Assembly: GCA_010092845.1 (NCBI GenBank)
Contig: JAADYW010000098.1
Location: forward strand, 1 to 56,183
Source of the DNA: Chloroflexota bacterium
GTDB taxonomy: Bacteria > Chloroflexota > Anaerolineae > Aggregatilineales > J027
Direction of reading: 5' to 3'
Length of the DNA stretch: 56,183 nucleotides
The notes under the pieces were generated by a model. It saw nothing but the letters and a program-made list of their open reading frames with translations. It did not search any database and was not told where the DNA came from. Every line of letters begins with the position of its first letter. The first letter of the stretch is position 1. Shown here in pieces: positions 43,725 through 52,557 of this stretch. The position numbers and the translations under genes are program-made.

Positions 43725-46244
43725 TCATCGGGTGTACATAACCGGTTCAACCAGTTCAACGAATACATCGGAAGCAGACTCATCTGCCGTGATTTGCACC
43801 AGTACGGCATTGCCGGGGCCCAGAAACGGCTCCGGTTGTTCGATCGAAACCATATTCTGGTCAAAGTCTAGCGCCAGTACCGTCCAATCCCCAGCTTTCC
43901 AGTCCCAAACCGCGAACTCGATCATGCGTCGATTGCCGGATATTTCAATGCGTAGGTCAAGCCGGTCAATGGGCTCTGTGCGGAGCGCTGATACTGGCAT
44001 AAAGCGGAACTGCAACTGGTCGGATGCGATCAGGCGTACCCCATATGGGGTGCGGTCCCGCGCATAGCCGTCGGGATCGACGAGGGTCCAGGTCATCATT
44101 CCAGGGGGAATGACATGGCGCTGGAAGCGAGCATCCATCTGGAGGCGAACGGGCAACTTGAAAATGTACAATGTTTCGTACTGGTTGTCCTGCGACGTGC
44201 CACGTAGCCGCGCGGAAAAGGGCGCTGCTTCAGACCAGGCAGCCACATAGACATCCCCGCCGCGTCCGCCGCTATAGTCGAATTCGTTATTGATAGCTGA
44301 CAGGAGAAGTGCCCGCCGGCGTATCTCGCGCTCACTATCGGTGCCACCCCGCGCCGCGCAATTGAAATCCTCTCTGAACATAATCTGGGCCATCGTCGCA
44401 TTGTAGCCACCGGCACTGCATTCGAGTGGGTCATAGAGGACACCCCCTGTCGAACGATTGCGGCGGCCACTGAAGCTCCGATATGTTGCGGCGGCGGCAT
44501 CGATTCGGTTACCCAGGGGCAACCACGTCGGTTCCTGGAGGCCAATCGCCAGCTTTGCCGTGCGCGTCTCGCCAGGAGCCAAAGTACCGATAAACTCAAA
44601 GCCATCTTTGGCCAAAACGACTGCATCTTGCAGTTCTTCCTCCATCGCATTGGTAAACTCAACATCTAGCATAACGTTCTCAGAAGCTGTCAGCGTCCAG
44701 GTTGCCTGACCTTCAATAGGAGGTGCGGGCACCGTTCCGCTGGTGGCAAAGCTGGCGATAATACCAGCGTCGACCGGCAGTTCAACGATCTGATAGCCGG
44801 CGTCCTGAACGACAGGGACCTCCGCGATCCCGGTATCGACGTCTTCGATGCCAGGAATGGTCCGCAGGGTCATTTCCCCTTCGATGGTCAAATCGTAGGT
44901 TGTGCGGCGTGGAGAGAAAACACCGACCAGTCCATCGACTTGGGCGACCTCACTTTCGGGCCAAACCTGAACGACCGCCAGGTGATTGACTGTCGCTGCA
45001 TTGCCGCGCAAGCTGAAGCCAGTAAAATAGGCGATAATTGTGAAAATCACGATGAAAACAGGCATTGTGAACCAGGCCAATTCTAGCCGCTTGAACTGCC
45101 GCAGAACCAGATAGTTGGCCGGCCCGATAAGCAGGATATAGACCCCCAGAAAGCCGAGCATCTGCAAGGCAGAAGGAAGGTCATAGCCGGTTACGATTCG
45201 CACGGCGTTGTTGGCTGAGGTCCAGTCTTCAAAGCCGTAGGACCAGCTTGGAAGTGGTGGCGCACTGATCACCAGCTCGAACCACAGGATGTCGCGTGCG
45301 GGATAAGCATTCAGCGGCGCGGTCAGCGGATCAACCGCGACGTAGTCAACAACGCCCGCGCCAAGCGTGTGCCGGATGACAAGGGGTGTATCATCCACCA
45401 TGACGAGCGTTTCTGCACCCGCACGCGGTGTGCTGGCTGTGATGACAAAGGCTTCGTCTTCACCAGCGACCAGCGTATCTGAGGGCCGACCCAAGAAGCG
45501 TCCTAATGAAGCCAGTGTCGTGACGGTATCGATTCCCTGGAGGTCAACGGGCAAAAGTGCATCCAGATCGTTCTGGGCAAACTGCCAGCGCGGCCCGCCA
45601 TGGACGATGAGGTGCCCGCCCGCATTGACCCAGGCTGCCAATGCTTCCTGCTGTCCGTCGGAAAACGTGCGATTGCCAATATCGAAGATGGTGATTACAT
45701 CGAGGGCGCGGAGCGCCTCGGCCTCATCCGGCAGGTCACGCACCAACCAATCAACCTGGTGGATTTGCCCTGAACCGAACTGGCGTCCGGTAACATCAAT
45801 CGTCCCCAGATCGGACTCGGTAATCACTGCGTGGAGAATATCCCGTGCCCTTAGCTGGTTTAGTTTGACAACTTCACTCTCAAGGACGCGCCCTTCGCGA
45901 TCTGTTAGTTCGACAGCGATCTCGGGGCGCCCATCTTCAAGCGAGACATAGATGAAGCGGGTGGGGTTGTTGCGCGAAACCGTGATCGGGGTTCGATAAA
46001 GCATATCCGTGTCGTCGCCAACATCCTGGGCGCGTACCTGCAAGAAGCCTCGAATATCGTCGCCAGTGTTGCGCACCGTTACCTGGACGGGTAGCCATTT
46101 TCCGGGCCGGAAGTACCCGCTGTAGCCAGCCCGTATGTCCAGTTCGATCTCGTCACTGTTCTGTGGGGGGGGGCTAAAGCCAAGCGTGCCTGCTAGCAGC
46201 AGCCCCCCTAGCACGATAATGAGCCATCGCATTGGCTTCTTCAC
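43725..46244 (-). CDS. Large envelope protein, unknown function (signal peptide, GATase1/DUF4350-like module, central TM hairpin)
   Basis: It has the signal-like 'KKPMRWLIIVLGGLLLAGTLG' and a flavodoxin-like 'VITIFDIGN...AWVNAGGHLIVHGG' segment. Central TM helices read 'MLGFLGVYILLIGPANYL' and 'FTMPVFIVIFTIIAYFTGF', followed by a long beta-rich C-terminal part. The start is ambiguous: GTG 46244 (GGGAGA 7 nt upstream), ATG 46232, or the track ATG at 46313. Confidence 0.55.
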   Translation of the reverse strand: MKKPMRWLIIVLGGLLLAGTLGFSPPPQNSDEIELDIRAGYSGYFRPGKWLPVQVTVRNTGDDIRGFLQVRAQDVGDDTDMLYRTPITVSRNNPTRFIYVSLEDGRPEIAVELTDREGRVLESEVVKLNQLRARDILHAVITESDLGTIDVTGRQFGSGQIHQVDWLVRDLPDEAEALRALDVITIFDIGNRTFSDGQQEALAAWVNAGGHLIVHGGPRWQFAQNDLDALLPVDLQGIDTVTTLASLGRFLGRPSDTLVAGEDEAFVITASTPRAGAETLVMVDDTPLVIRHTLGAGVVDYVAVDPLTAPLNAYPARDILWFELVISAPPLPSWSYGFEDWTSANNAVRIVTGYDLPSALQMLGFLGVYILLIGPANYLVLRQFKRLELAWFTMPVFIVIFTIIAYFTGFSLRGNAATVNHLAVVQVWPESEVAQVDGLVGVFSPRRTTYDLTIEGEMTLRTIPGIEDVDTGIAEVPVVQDAGYQIVELPVDAGIIASFATSGTVPAPPIEGQATWTLTASENVMLDVEFTNAMEEELQDAVVLAKDGFEFIGTLAPGETRTAKLAIGLQEPTWLPLGNRIDAAAATYRSFSGRRNRSTGGVLYDPLECSAGGYNATMAQIMFREDFNCAARGGTDSEREIRRRALLLSAINNEFDYSGGRGGDVYVAAWSEAAPFSARLRGTSQDNQYETLYIFKLPVRLQMDARFQRHVIPPGMMTWTLVDPDGYARDRTPYGVRLIASDQLQFRFMPVSALRTEPIDRLDLRIEISGNRRMIEFAVWDWKAGDWTVLALDFDQNMVSIEQPEPFLGPGNAVLVQITADESASDVFVELVEPVMYTR

Positions 46245-46470
46245 ACCAGAATCTCCCAATAATACTAAGCAAGCGTCCAGTCTGGTTACTGGGTTACGAT
46301 CACAAACTACCATATCAACCGATTTGTGCCCTTACACTCATTATAGACGCTGACCTGCCCAGCATCCTCACTGGATTCCAAAATTCTACTGTACCGTGTT
46401 GGGGTAATATGCTTGCTCCAGTGAGACAATCCGATACCAGTGGCCCGCCAAAACGCCTGATGAGCGTAGG

Positions 46471-48522
46471 CTAACCGTTTGGGGCCAGGGTCGGTGTGGC
46501 TGATGGAGGCTCAGTCGTCCCTGGTTGGTCCGGCCCTTGTGGAGGCTCTTCCTCCGGCGAAGGCTCTGTTATCTCAAGTGGTGGTAGCTCCTCGTCAGGT
46601 ATTATCTTCATCAACTCAGGATTGAAATCCTGACAATCGACTTGATCGAGCTGCACCCATCCGAAGAACACTCCTGGTAGATCCTCGGGAGAAGGTACAA
46701 TCCGCAACCACGCCGGATTGCTGGCGCGAGCATCGATCCGAACATTTAGATTACCAGGCAGCGTGCCAGCTTGTTCATAAGCCAAGGCCGGGCCACGAAA
46801 GACGTCTACTTCTGTTGAGGTACGGCATCTTGGATAGTCTACCGCAATTGAAATCGGTTCAGCGGTTTGCACATCATCGGGGCCAATTACCAGCAGGTTG
46901 AGATCGACCGGGTCGAGGGTCTCCAGCATGGGAACGTCGACAGTATAGCGCCCCGCGGTATCCGGGCCAACGGCGATACTCGCCTGATCCACGGTTAGCG
47001 CCTCGCTATTCAGGAATACGTCAGGTGGTGGGACATCCGTTGTTGAGCGTTGCCAGATAACCTCCCAATTGGCAATGATTTGCTGCCCGGCGAGATTTCT
47101 GTAGAGGACCTCCCCATCAGGAAAGGTCTGTGCCGTGAGCCTGGCCTGCGGGCGGACCAGCACGATGCGATTCTCCTCAGTTTCTTCAGATCCGTTAGTC
47201 GCCGTCAGGGTGAGAGTATAGCGTCCGGCTGAGGGCATATTGAGCGCATAGCCGCTCCCCACGTCGCCGGAGAGGGTATAGGTGTCAAAACGGGTTCCGT
47301 CGCGCCAGACACCAATGGTAAGCTCATCCGAATCCTGGGTTTCCCAGGAAAGCAAGACTGGTTCATCAATGAGAACGGTGCTCTCACTCAGTTCAAATTG
47401 AGTGATCAGTGGCGCCCGAGTTTCCGTATCGTCAGACGTGCCCAATATACTCATGAGCAATAAGAGCGCGACAGCGCCGACCAGGAGGAGACCTGGAATC
47501 ATAACGAACACAGCCCACAGCGGCAATAGGGGAACAACACGCACCTGACCACTTATCGGTGCCTGAAACGCCGCAGCATCGACTGAGTGGCTGATGATTG
47601 TATAGCGGTACGTTCGTGGTTGCCCCAGCCATATCCGGTCTCGCGGCAGCACGGTCCCGGAGATCGTCTGGCGCTGGCCCGGACCAAGGGTGACCGATGC
47701 CGGGTGTAGGGTGAACTTCAATGTGGCATCCGGGCTGTTTCCCGAGAAACGTAGATGTAAGGGACCATTGCCCTGATTGTGGACGTACATCTGAAAGGAT
47801 TGGTCCCCTTCGACTACCGGCGTCCCCATGACCGCTCCATAGCCACTGAACTGGAGGATTTGAAGCGTTGTTGAGAGTTCGACAGCGTTCTGAGGCGCTG
47901 ATTGAGGCGTAATCGTCACCGTAATGGGATATTTCCCGGGCTGAGTTTCTGGTCGGCGGAGCGGTTTGAAGTTGATGCCCACCTGCACTTCTTGATCCGG
48001 CGCGATCTCTGCTTCTGTCCGGTCTAGTCGGGCCCATTCTTTCGGGACGCCCTCAACTCGTATCTGAAAACGTTCGGCCTGGGCGGTTGTGTTCTTAATT
48101 CTGACGGTCGCTGCACCGTAGATGCCGGGGGTTACGGCGATATCAGGACCTTCCAGCTCAACCTTGAAGGTGTCAACTTCGTGTATCTGGGTGCTGGTTT
48201 GAAGCGTGAGGTCCAGCGGCTGAGCCGGGTGGTAGATCAGGCGTAGATCACCGATCTGGATTTCTTCGCCACCCCGCAGGATCCTTGGCTCATTGGCCTT
48301 CAGTCGAATACCATCAATATAGGTGCCATTGACGGACTCGAGGTCTTCAATAACAGCTTGCTGATCCTTTGGGGTCAGGGTTACATGATAGCGTGAGATC
48401 CCATGCCGATCTAGTACGACGTCGTTACCGACAGAGCGGCCAATCGCAACCACGTCCTTTTCTATGAAGAAATTCTCAATCGGGCCATCCGGGCTAGAGA
48501 TTTCCAAACGTCCGCGATACAT
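46471..48522 (-). CDS. FHA domain membrane protein
   Basis: The FHA signature reads 'VAIGRSVGNDVVLDRHGISRYHVTL...IEDLESVNGTYIDG'. Two Ig-like segments follow, then a single TM 'LLPLWAVFVMIPGLLLVGAVALLLLMSIL', about 300 aa of extracytoplasmic beta-rich region and a Pro/Glu-rich tail. I prefer the ATG at 48522 (AGAGGAAG upstream) over the track start at 48597. Confidence 0.75.
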   Translation of the reverse strand: MYRGRLEISSPDGPIENFFIEKDVVAIGRSVGNDVVLDRHGISRYHVTLTPKDQQAVIEDLESVNGTYIDGIRLKANEPRILRGGEEIQIGDLRLIYHPAQPLDLTLQTSTQIHEVDTFKVELEGPDIAVTPGIYGAATVRIKNTTAQAERFQIRVEGVPKEWARLDRTEAEIAPDQEVQVGINFKPLRRPETQPGKYPITVTITPQSAPQNAVELSTTLQILQFSGYGAVMGTPVVEGDQSFQMYVHNQGNGPLHLRFSGNSPDATLKFTLHPASVTLGPGQRQTISGTVLPRDRIWLGQPRTYRYTIISHSVDAAAFQAPISGQVRVVPLLPLWAVFVMIPGLLLVGAVALLLLMSILGTSDDTETRAPLITQFELSESTVLIDEPVLLSWETQDSDELTIGVWRDGTRFDTYTLSGDVGSGYALNMPSAGRYTLTLTATNGSEETEENRIVLVRPQARLTAQTFPDGEVLYRNLAGQQIIANWEVIWQRSTTDVPPPDVFLNSEALTVDQASIAVGPDTAGRYTVDVPMLETLDPVDLNLLVIGPDDVQTAEPISIAVDYPRCRTSTEVDVFRGPALAYEQAGTLPGNLNVRIDARASNPAWLRIVPSPEDLPGVFFGWVQLDQVDCQDFNPELMKIIPDEELPPLEITEPSPEEEPPQGPDQPGTTEPPSATPTLAPNG

Positions 48523-48623
48523 GAAACTTCCTCTCAGGCTTGGTATGGGGAACTCGATAGTACAAATAATATCGCTAAGGCACACGCTGAAACACAAAAA
48601 GCGTACCCCGAGTTCAGTAATCT

Positions 48624-48629
48624 ATTATA
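48624..48629 (-). promoter_or_regulatory. Candidate -10 box (TATAAT on minus strand) for the FHA-led cluster
   Basis: The reverse complement of attata (48624-48629) is TATAAT, about 100 nt upstream of the FHA start. The -35 is weak (GCGACT). Confidence 0.3.
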
Positions 48630-48631
48630 AC

Positions 48632-48672
48632 GGAAAAAATAACCGCAGTCGCTGACTGGCAGGACTGCGATT
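48632..48672 (-). terminator. Rho-independent terminator of the Opp-like operon
   Basis: On the minus-strand RNA, AAUCGCAGUC pairs with GACUGCGGUU, a 10-bp stem with one G-U. AUUUUUUCC follows the stem. The element lies 36 nt downstream of the permease stop. Confidence 0.7.
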
Positions 48673-48707
48673 ACTGGGTTTTCGTTTACTTGAGCGTGCG
48701 TAGCGTG

Positions 48708-50255
48708 TTAGTCGAAGCGGATCCGGGGGTCGAGCCAGGTGTAGATGACATCGACAAGGATATTACCGGCAATCAAGAAGACCGAATACAGCATCGTGAC
48801 GCCCATGATGGTGGTATAGTCTCGTGCCCCGACGCTGTCGATGAACGACTTGCCCAGACCGGGGATCAGGAAGATCAGCTCAACGACAAATGTGCCCGTG
48901 AGCAGCACCGCGAGCAAGGGGCCGAGAATAGTAGCCACCGGAATCAGCGAGTTCTTGAGCGCGTGCAGGTAGATCACCGTGCGCTCGCGGAGTCCCTTGG
49001 CGCGGGCAGTACGAATGTAGTCTTCGTTGAGAACCTGGAGCAAACTGGCGCGGGTCAGACGAGCAATACCGGCGCTCATGCCTGTTCCTAGCGCGATCGT
49101 TGGCAACACAAGGGCCGTCAGATGATCGCGGCTGAAGAACGGCTCGTCGACCCAAACCCCTCTTTGGGGTGTGGGTAGCCATCCTAACTCCACGGCGAAG
49201 ACAATAATGAGCAAAGGTGCCAGCACGATATTCGGCGTCGATTGCCCCAGCACTGCGAAGAAAGTCGCGATATAGTCGATGATGGAATTGTGATAGACGG
49301 CCGCAAGCACCCCGAGGGGAACACCCATCAAGAAGCCAAAGACAACCGCAACCACACCGATTTCCATCGAGACCGGCAGACGTTCGCTAATCTCGTCTGA
49401 TACTTGCCGGTTCTCCTGTAGCTCGGCGATATTCAACGACGGGCCGAAGTCCAGGTTCAGCACATTCCAGAAGTAGTTCCAGAACTGCGTGTCCAGCGGG
49501 TCAAGGCGAGTGACATCACCCGCCTGGTTAAAGGTCACGTTAACCGTACCGCCTCCTGTGCTACACTCCTGGCGCCGGGCGACAACAGCCCAACCGGGCC
49601 ATTGCTTATAGATGCGGCAGTCTTCGAGGTAGCTGTGCATGAGGTCGAGCGAACTATCGGTGCTGGTTGTATTGGTGAGCTCGTAACCAGTCGTTGCGAC
49701 CGTAGCGGCTGGCATCCCCGCCAGCAAGGTCGATACGCCACTAAGCGTATTGGTCGTATGTACCAGATCGGCATTCTCCTCGACCCATTCCCGGTATGGA
49801 TGTTCCTCATACTGGATATAAGTCTCGGTATCATCATCCCAGCGCCAGAGGTCGTATGTTCCAGTCAATTTGACCCCGGTTCCGTCAAGCTCGTCATAGA
49901 CGCCTTCTTCGAACTGACCATAGCCGCCCTTAACAAACGACTGCTTTCCATTGACGGTCTCTGGACCGTAGCCGTCGGTCGGTGTGTCAAAGAACAGGCT
50001 CTTGTTCAGGCCATACCGCTCCTCGAGCTGTTGCCGGATATGGTCTGGCATACGGCGCTGGTTGACAGTGTCAAACGGACCGCCTGGGATCGAGTGGCTG
50101 AGGCCAAATGTCACGACCATGATCGCGAACAGAACCGGTAACGCCGCCAGGATACGGCGTACCAGGAACTTCAACATACTGGGGCCACCCAGCAGCGAGA
50201 CAATGAAATTGATGATGCTCATGAAGAAACCAAATACTGCTTGCACTATTTGCAT
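48708..50255 (-). CDS. Oligopeptide/dipeptide-type ABC transporter permease (OppB/DppB-like) with ~170-aa extracytoplasmic insertion
   Basis: 'LKFLVRRILAALPVLF', 'LDFGPSL' and the EAA loop 'IRTARAKGLRERTVIYLHALKNSLIP' are canonical. An insert lies between TM1 and TM2 at about aa 88-255. An AGGGGGA Shine-Dalgarno 5-6 nt upstream supports the ATG at 50255; ATG 50177 is the alternative. Confidence 0.8.
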   Translation of the reverse strand: MQIVQAVFGFFMSIINFIVSLLGGPSMLKFLVRRILAALPVLFAIMVVTFGLSHSIPGGPFDTVNQRRMPDHIRQQLEERYGLNKSLFFDTPTDGYGPETVNGKQSFVKGGYGQFEEGVYDELDGTGVKLTGTYDLWRWDDDTETYIQYEEHPYREWVEENADLVHTTNTLSGVSTLLAGMPAATVATTGYELTNTTSTDSSLDLMHSYLEDCRIYKQWPGWAVVARRQECSTGGGTVNVTFNQAGDVTRLDPLDTQFWNYFWNVLNLDFGPSLNIAELQENRQVSDEISERLPVSMEIGVVAVVFGFLMGVPLGVLAAVYHNSIIDYIATFFAVLGQSTPNIVLAPLLIIVFAVELGWLPTPQRGVWVDEPFFSRDHLTALVLPTIALGTGMSAGIARLTRASLLQVLNEDYIRTARAKGLRERTVIYLHALKNSLIPVATILGPLLAVLLTGTFVVELIFLIPGLGKSFIDSVGARDYTTIMGVTMLYSVFLIAGNILVDVIYTWLDPRIRFD

Positions 50256-50344
50256 ATAGTCCCCCTAATCCATTACAACGTTGTTGATTCTTGCCACCAG
50301 GGGTGAGGGAAAGGGACTCACCCCTGGTCGACGCTTCGTAGCCA

Positions 50345-52462
50345 TCATCCACCTAGCAGGTGAAATGGATTACGGCGGCTAACGACTTCTTGGAGATCAT
50401 CGGCCTCTAGCCAGCCAGATGTCTCTTCACCGTCAATGTCGGTGCAGGTAATCTCGTACCAGATTCGGAAGCCCAGGCGGCGCAAAGCTTTGGCTTGGAA
50501 AACCGCATCGCTGACTGTGGCTTCGGTAAAGAGGGCGCATTGGCCAGCGGCTTCGGATACCTTACTGGTCGTCTGAAGAAGCTCGTAGCCTTCCTGCGCT
50601 TCGCGCCCTGCGGTTGAGGGCTCCATAAACCAGATTGAGTTACCCAGGATGAAGTCCGTGCCGTTGGGCAAGAAAATGTCCTCTATCCAACCGGTGCTCT
50701 CGCCGCAGGTTACCTGATAGAAGATACGATCGTTACTTGAGTTGACGTTCTGGAGCTCAACAACGGTGCCGCTTGGACATTCACCAATGATGTTGCCTTC
50801 AACAGCAACCTCAGGGACCTCAGTTAGCGGCACGGGCAGATATCCTCTAGCCCGTTCGATCTCGTCAGCATCCGCGGCAGCTTCTTCGCCCTCGGTCACT
50901 TCGGCATCTTCTTCATCGGCCTCAGCTTCGGTCTCAACCTGACCGAGTTCCTCGTCGCCGACTACCATAGCATTCGTGCCGACTGGATAGGGGATCTCCA
51001 GGAGCGGGGTCTGCTCTGTCCATCCGATGTAGTCACCGCACTGGATGCGATAGTAGGGCGTCAGTTGTTGTGGGGTATCACCCTCGGCCTCAGGTTCGCC
51101 TATAGAGATAGTTGTGAACCCTGATGTGGTAAGGGTCTGATTGGCCTCACAAGTGCCGAGAACCTGATTGTCGTCACCAGAAACGCGCGGCTCTGCCGTA
51201 AGCTCCACCGGTGCAAGTTCTGGTTTCACGATACCAAGTCCATCTTGGGCGGGAAGAATCAGGGGGCCAAAGATGCGGTCCTCTGTGACCCAGCCACGGT
51301 TTTGAGCACAGTTAATCTGGTACCAGATCGTCTGCTCGCCCGTGCGTTCCTCTACCGCTGAGATGTCAACCACATCGACAACCTGATCAACATCGCACAT
51401 TGTTGTCGGTGGTAGCGCCGGGTTGGGGTCTGTTGAGACCATAAAGGGCTGGCCTTCGCGCAGCGGTTCACCACGGGCACCCACAGGGCGAGTCAATGCA
51501 CTCTGACCCCGCTCAAACCGGACTGGCCCGGCCAGGCGTTCACCAGTAGCCCAGCCAACATTTCCCGAACAGGCCACGAGGTAGAACGTGCGCGCTGGAT
51601 CAGGGCCAAGGTTAACGGTGATGCCGCTTACCTCTGTTAAGTCTTCAACTGCAGCCAGATCGGCTGTGATATCTGCCCACTGTCCGCTATCGACGATTTC
51701 ACGAACGAGGGTTACTTCCTGTCCACTTGTCGTGTTGGCTTTGAGGAATATCACAAAGTTTCGGGCGTTACGTGGTACGAATACCCGCGCGCTGAGTGTG
51801 CTGTATTGGCTCCAATCCTGCGGAGTATCGAAACTGGTCTGGATGGTCGCAAGCCAGGTCCCCGGCTGGAAGTCTGTCGTAATTTCCAGGACACCGGTTG
51901 TATTTGTCGCGTCGATTGGCTCTTCACCCTCGGCTGGCTCGGCACGCAGCTCATTAAAATCAACATTTTGCGCTCGCTGGACTTCTTGCCCAGCATTCAA
52001 GCTATCTTCTGTCTGGACCAGCGTCCAGGCGTCGTCTTCACTCTCAAAGTCAAACAGCGGCTGACCTGTTGGTTCCTCGCCCTCGGCGGGTGCGGCTATC
52101 AGGCTGAGGTCGTCCACATAGACGCTGCCCCTGAAGCTATTGAACTCATGGCCAATGTAAAGGATCTCAAGTGATGAACCATACTCGCAGGACCCACTGG
52201 CATTCCGTACGCCCGACAGCAGATCTTCCGGTAGTTCAGTAATGAAGAAAAACGGTTGTTCTGGATTCTGCGGCTCTGGGGCGAGTGCCAGCTCGTTTTT
52301 ACTGAAGCGGGACGGGTGCGTGTCCTCATCAGGTGTTGGCAAGAATGTTGGCGAGGGCGGGACTTCCGTCAAGCCGGGCAGCCACAAAGGATTATCTGAG
52401 TAGCATGCCATTGATGCAATCACGAGGATCACCAATACAAGAAACGGTTTTTTGAGTTGCAC
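50345..52462 (-). CDS. Secreted or lipo-protein with a CBM-like beta-sandwich and 4-5 Cys-paired SH3-like repeats
   Basis: The signal peptide ends in 'IASMAC'. A mid region ('DAWTLVQ...TWLATIQTSF...DWSQYSTLSARVFVP...FVIFLK') resembles a carbohydrate-binding beta-sandwich. The repeated motif is C-x(20-35)-[FWY]Y-x-[IV]-x-C-x(3-9)-GW, described in the repeat feature. Confidence 0.6.
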   Translation of the reverse strand: MQLKKPFLVLVILVIASMACYSDNPLWLPGLTEVPPSPTFLPTPDEDTHPSRFSKNELALAPEPQNPEQPFFFITELPEDLLSGVRNASGSCEYGSSLEILYIGHEFNSFRGSVYVDDLSLIAAPAEGEEPTGQPLFDFESEDDAWTLVQTEDSLNAGQEVQRAQNVDFNELRAEPAEGEEPIDATNTTGVLEITTDFQPGTWLATIQTSFDTPQDWSQYSTLSARVFVPRNARNFVIFLKANTTSGQEVTLVREIVDSGQWADITADLAAVEDLTEVSGITVNLGPDPARTFYLVACSGNVGWATGERLAGPVRFERGQSALTRPVGARGEPLREGQPFMVSTDPNPALPPTTMCDVDQVVDVVDISAVEERTGEQTIWYQINCAQNRGWVTEDRIFGPLILPAQDGLGIVKPELAPVELTAEPRVSGDDNQVLGTCEANQTLTTSGFTTISIGEPEAEGDTPQQLTPYYRIQCGDYIGWTEQTPLLEIPYPVGTNAMVVGDEELGQVETEAEADEEDAEVTEGEEAAADADEIERARGYLPVPLTEVPEVAVEGNIIGECPSGTVVELQNVNSSNDRIFYQVTCGESTGWIEDIFLPNGTDFILGNSIWFMEPSTAGREAQEGYELLQTTSKVSEAAGQCALFTEATVSDAVFQAKALRRLGFRIWYEITCTDIDGEETSGWLEADDLQEVVSRRNPFHLLGG
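50378..51595 (-). repeat. Protein-level tandem repeats (SH3-like, two conserved Cys each)
   Basis: The repeat cores are 'FYLVACSGNVGWATGERL', 'IWYQINCAQNRGWVTEDRI', 'YYRIQCGDYIGWTEQTPL', 'IFYQVTCGESTGWIEDIF' and 'IWYEITCTDIDGEETSGWLEADDL'. In four of the five an upstream Cys precedes the core (MCDVDQ, GTCEAN, GECPSG, GQCALF). Confidence 0.7.
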
Positions 52463-52557
52463 GTAAGAATCTCCTGCGCTAATGCACTGGCCTGGTACAG
52501 CCTCAAACTCCTTGGCGCACCAGGCACACTATCAATTCAGGTCTATCAAGATCGCCT

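Noticed and set aside
43570-45951. Plus-strand ORFs (165, 83 and 194 aa) and a minus-strand off-frame ORF (189 aa) within the 860-aa envelope protein gene and the ABC ATPase gene.
   Set aside because: These are Ser/Arg-rich antisense or off-frame translations with no start signals. The annotated frames are continuous and tightly packed with their neighbours.
46245-46313. An upstream in-frame extension of the 860-aa protein ORF (MVVCDRNPVTRLDACLVLLGDSG).
   Set aside because: The GTG at 46244 has a well-spaced GGGAGA Shine-Dalgarno and yields a classical signal peptide with a basic N-region followed by a hydrophobic core. The extension adds a non-signal-like segment. This remains uncertain.
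46340-46470. A possible weak terminator (GCCU...AGGC plus UUUU at about 46445-46468, minus strand) and a TATAAT (46340-46345, minus strand) between the FHA gene and the 860-aa gene.
   Set aside because: The stem is only 4 bp with a 9-nt loop, and no -35 is recognisable. I cannot distinguish these from chance, so the 226-nt gap is noted only in the cluster finding.
48523-48597. An upstream extension of the FHA gene ORF (MCFSVCLSDIICTIEFPIPSLRGSF).
   Set aside because: The ATG at 48522 is preceded by AGAGGAAG and starts directly at the FHA fold. The extension would begin inside the putative promoter and leader.
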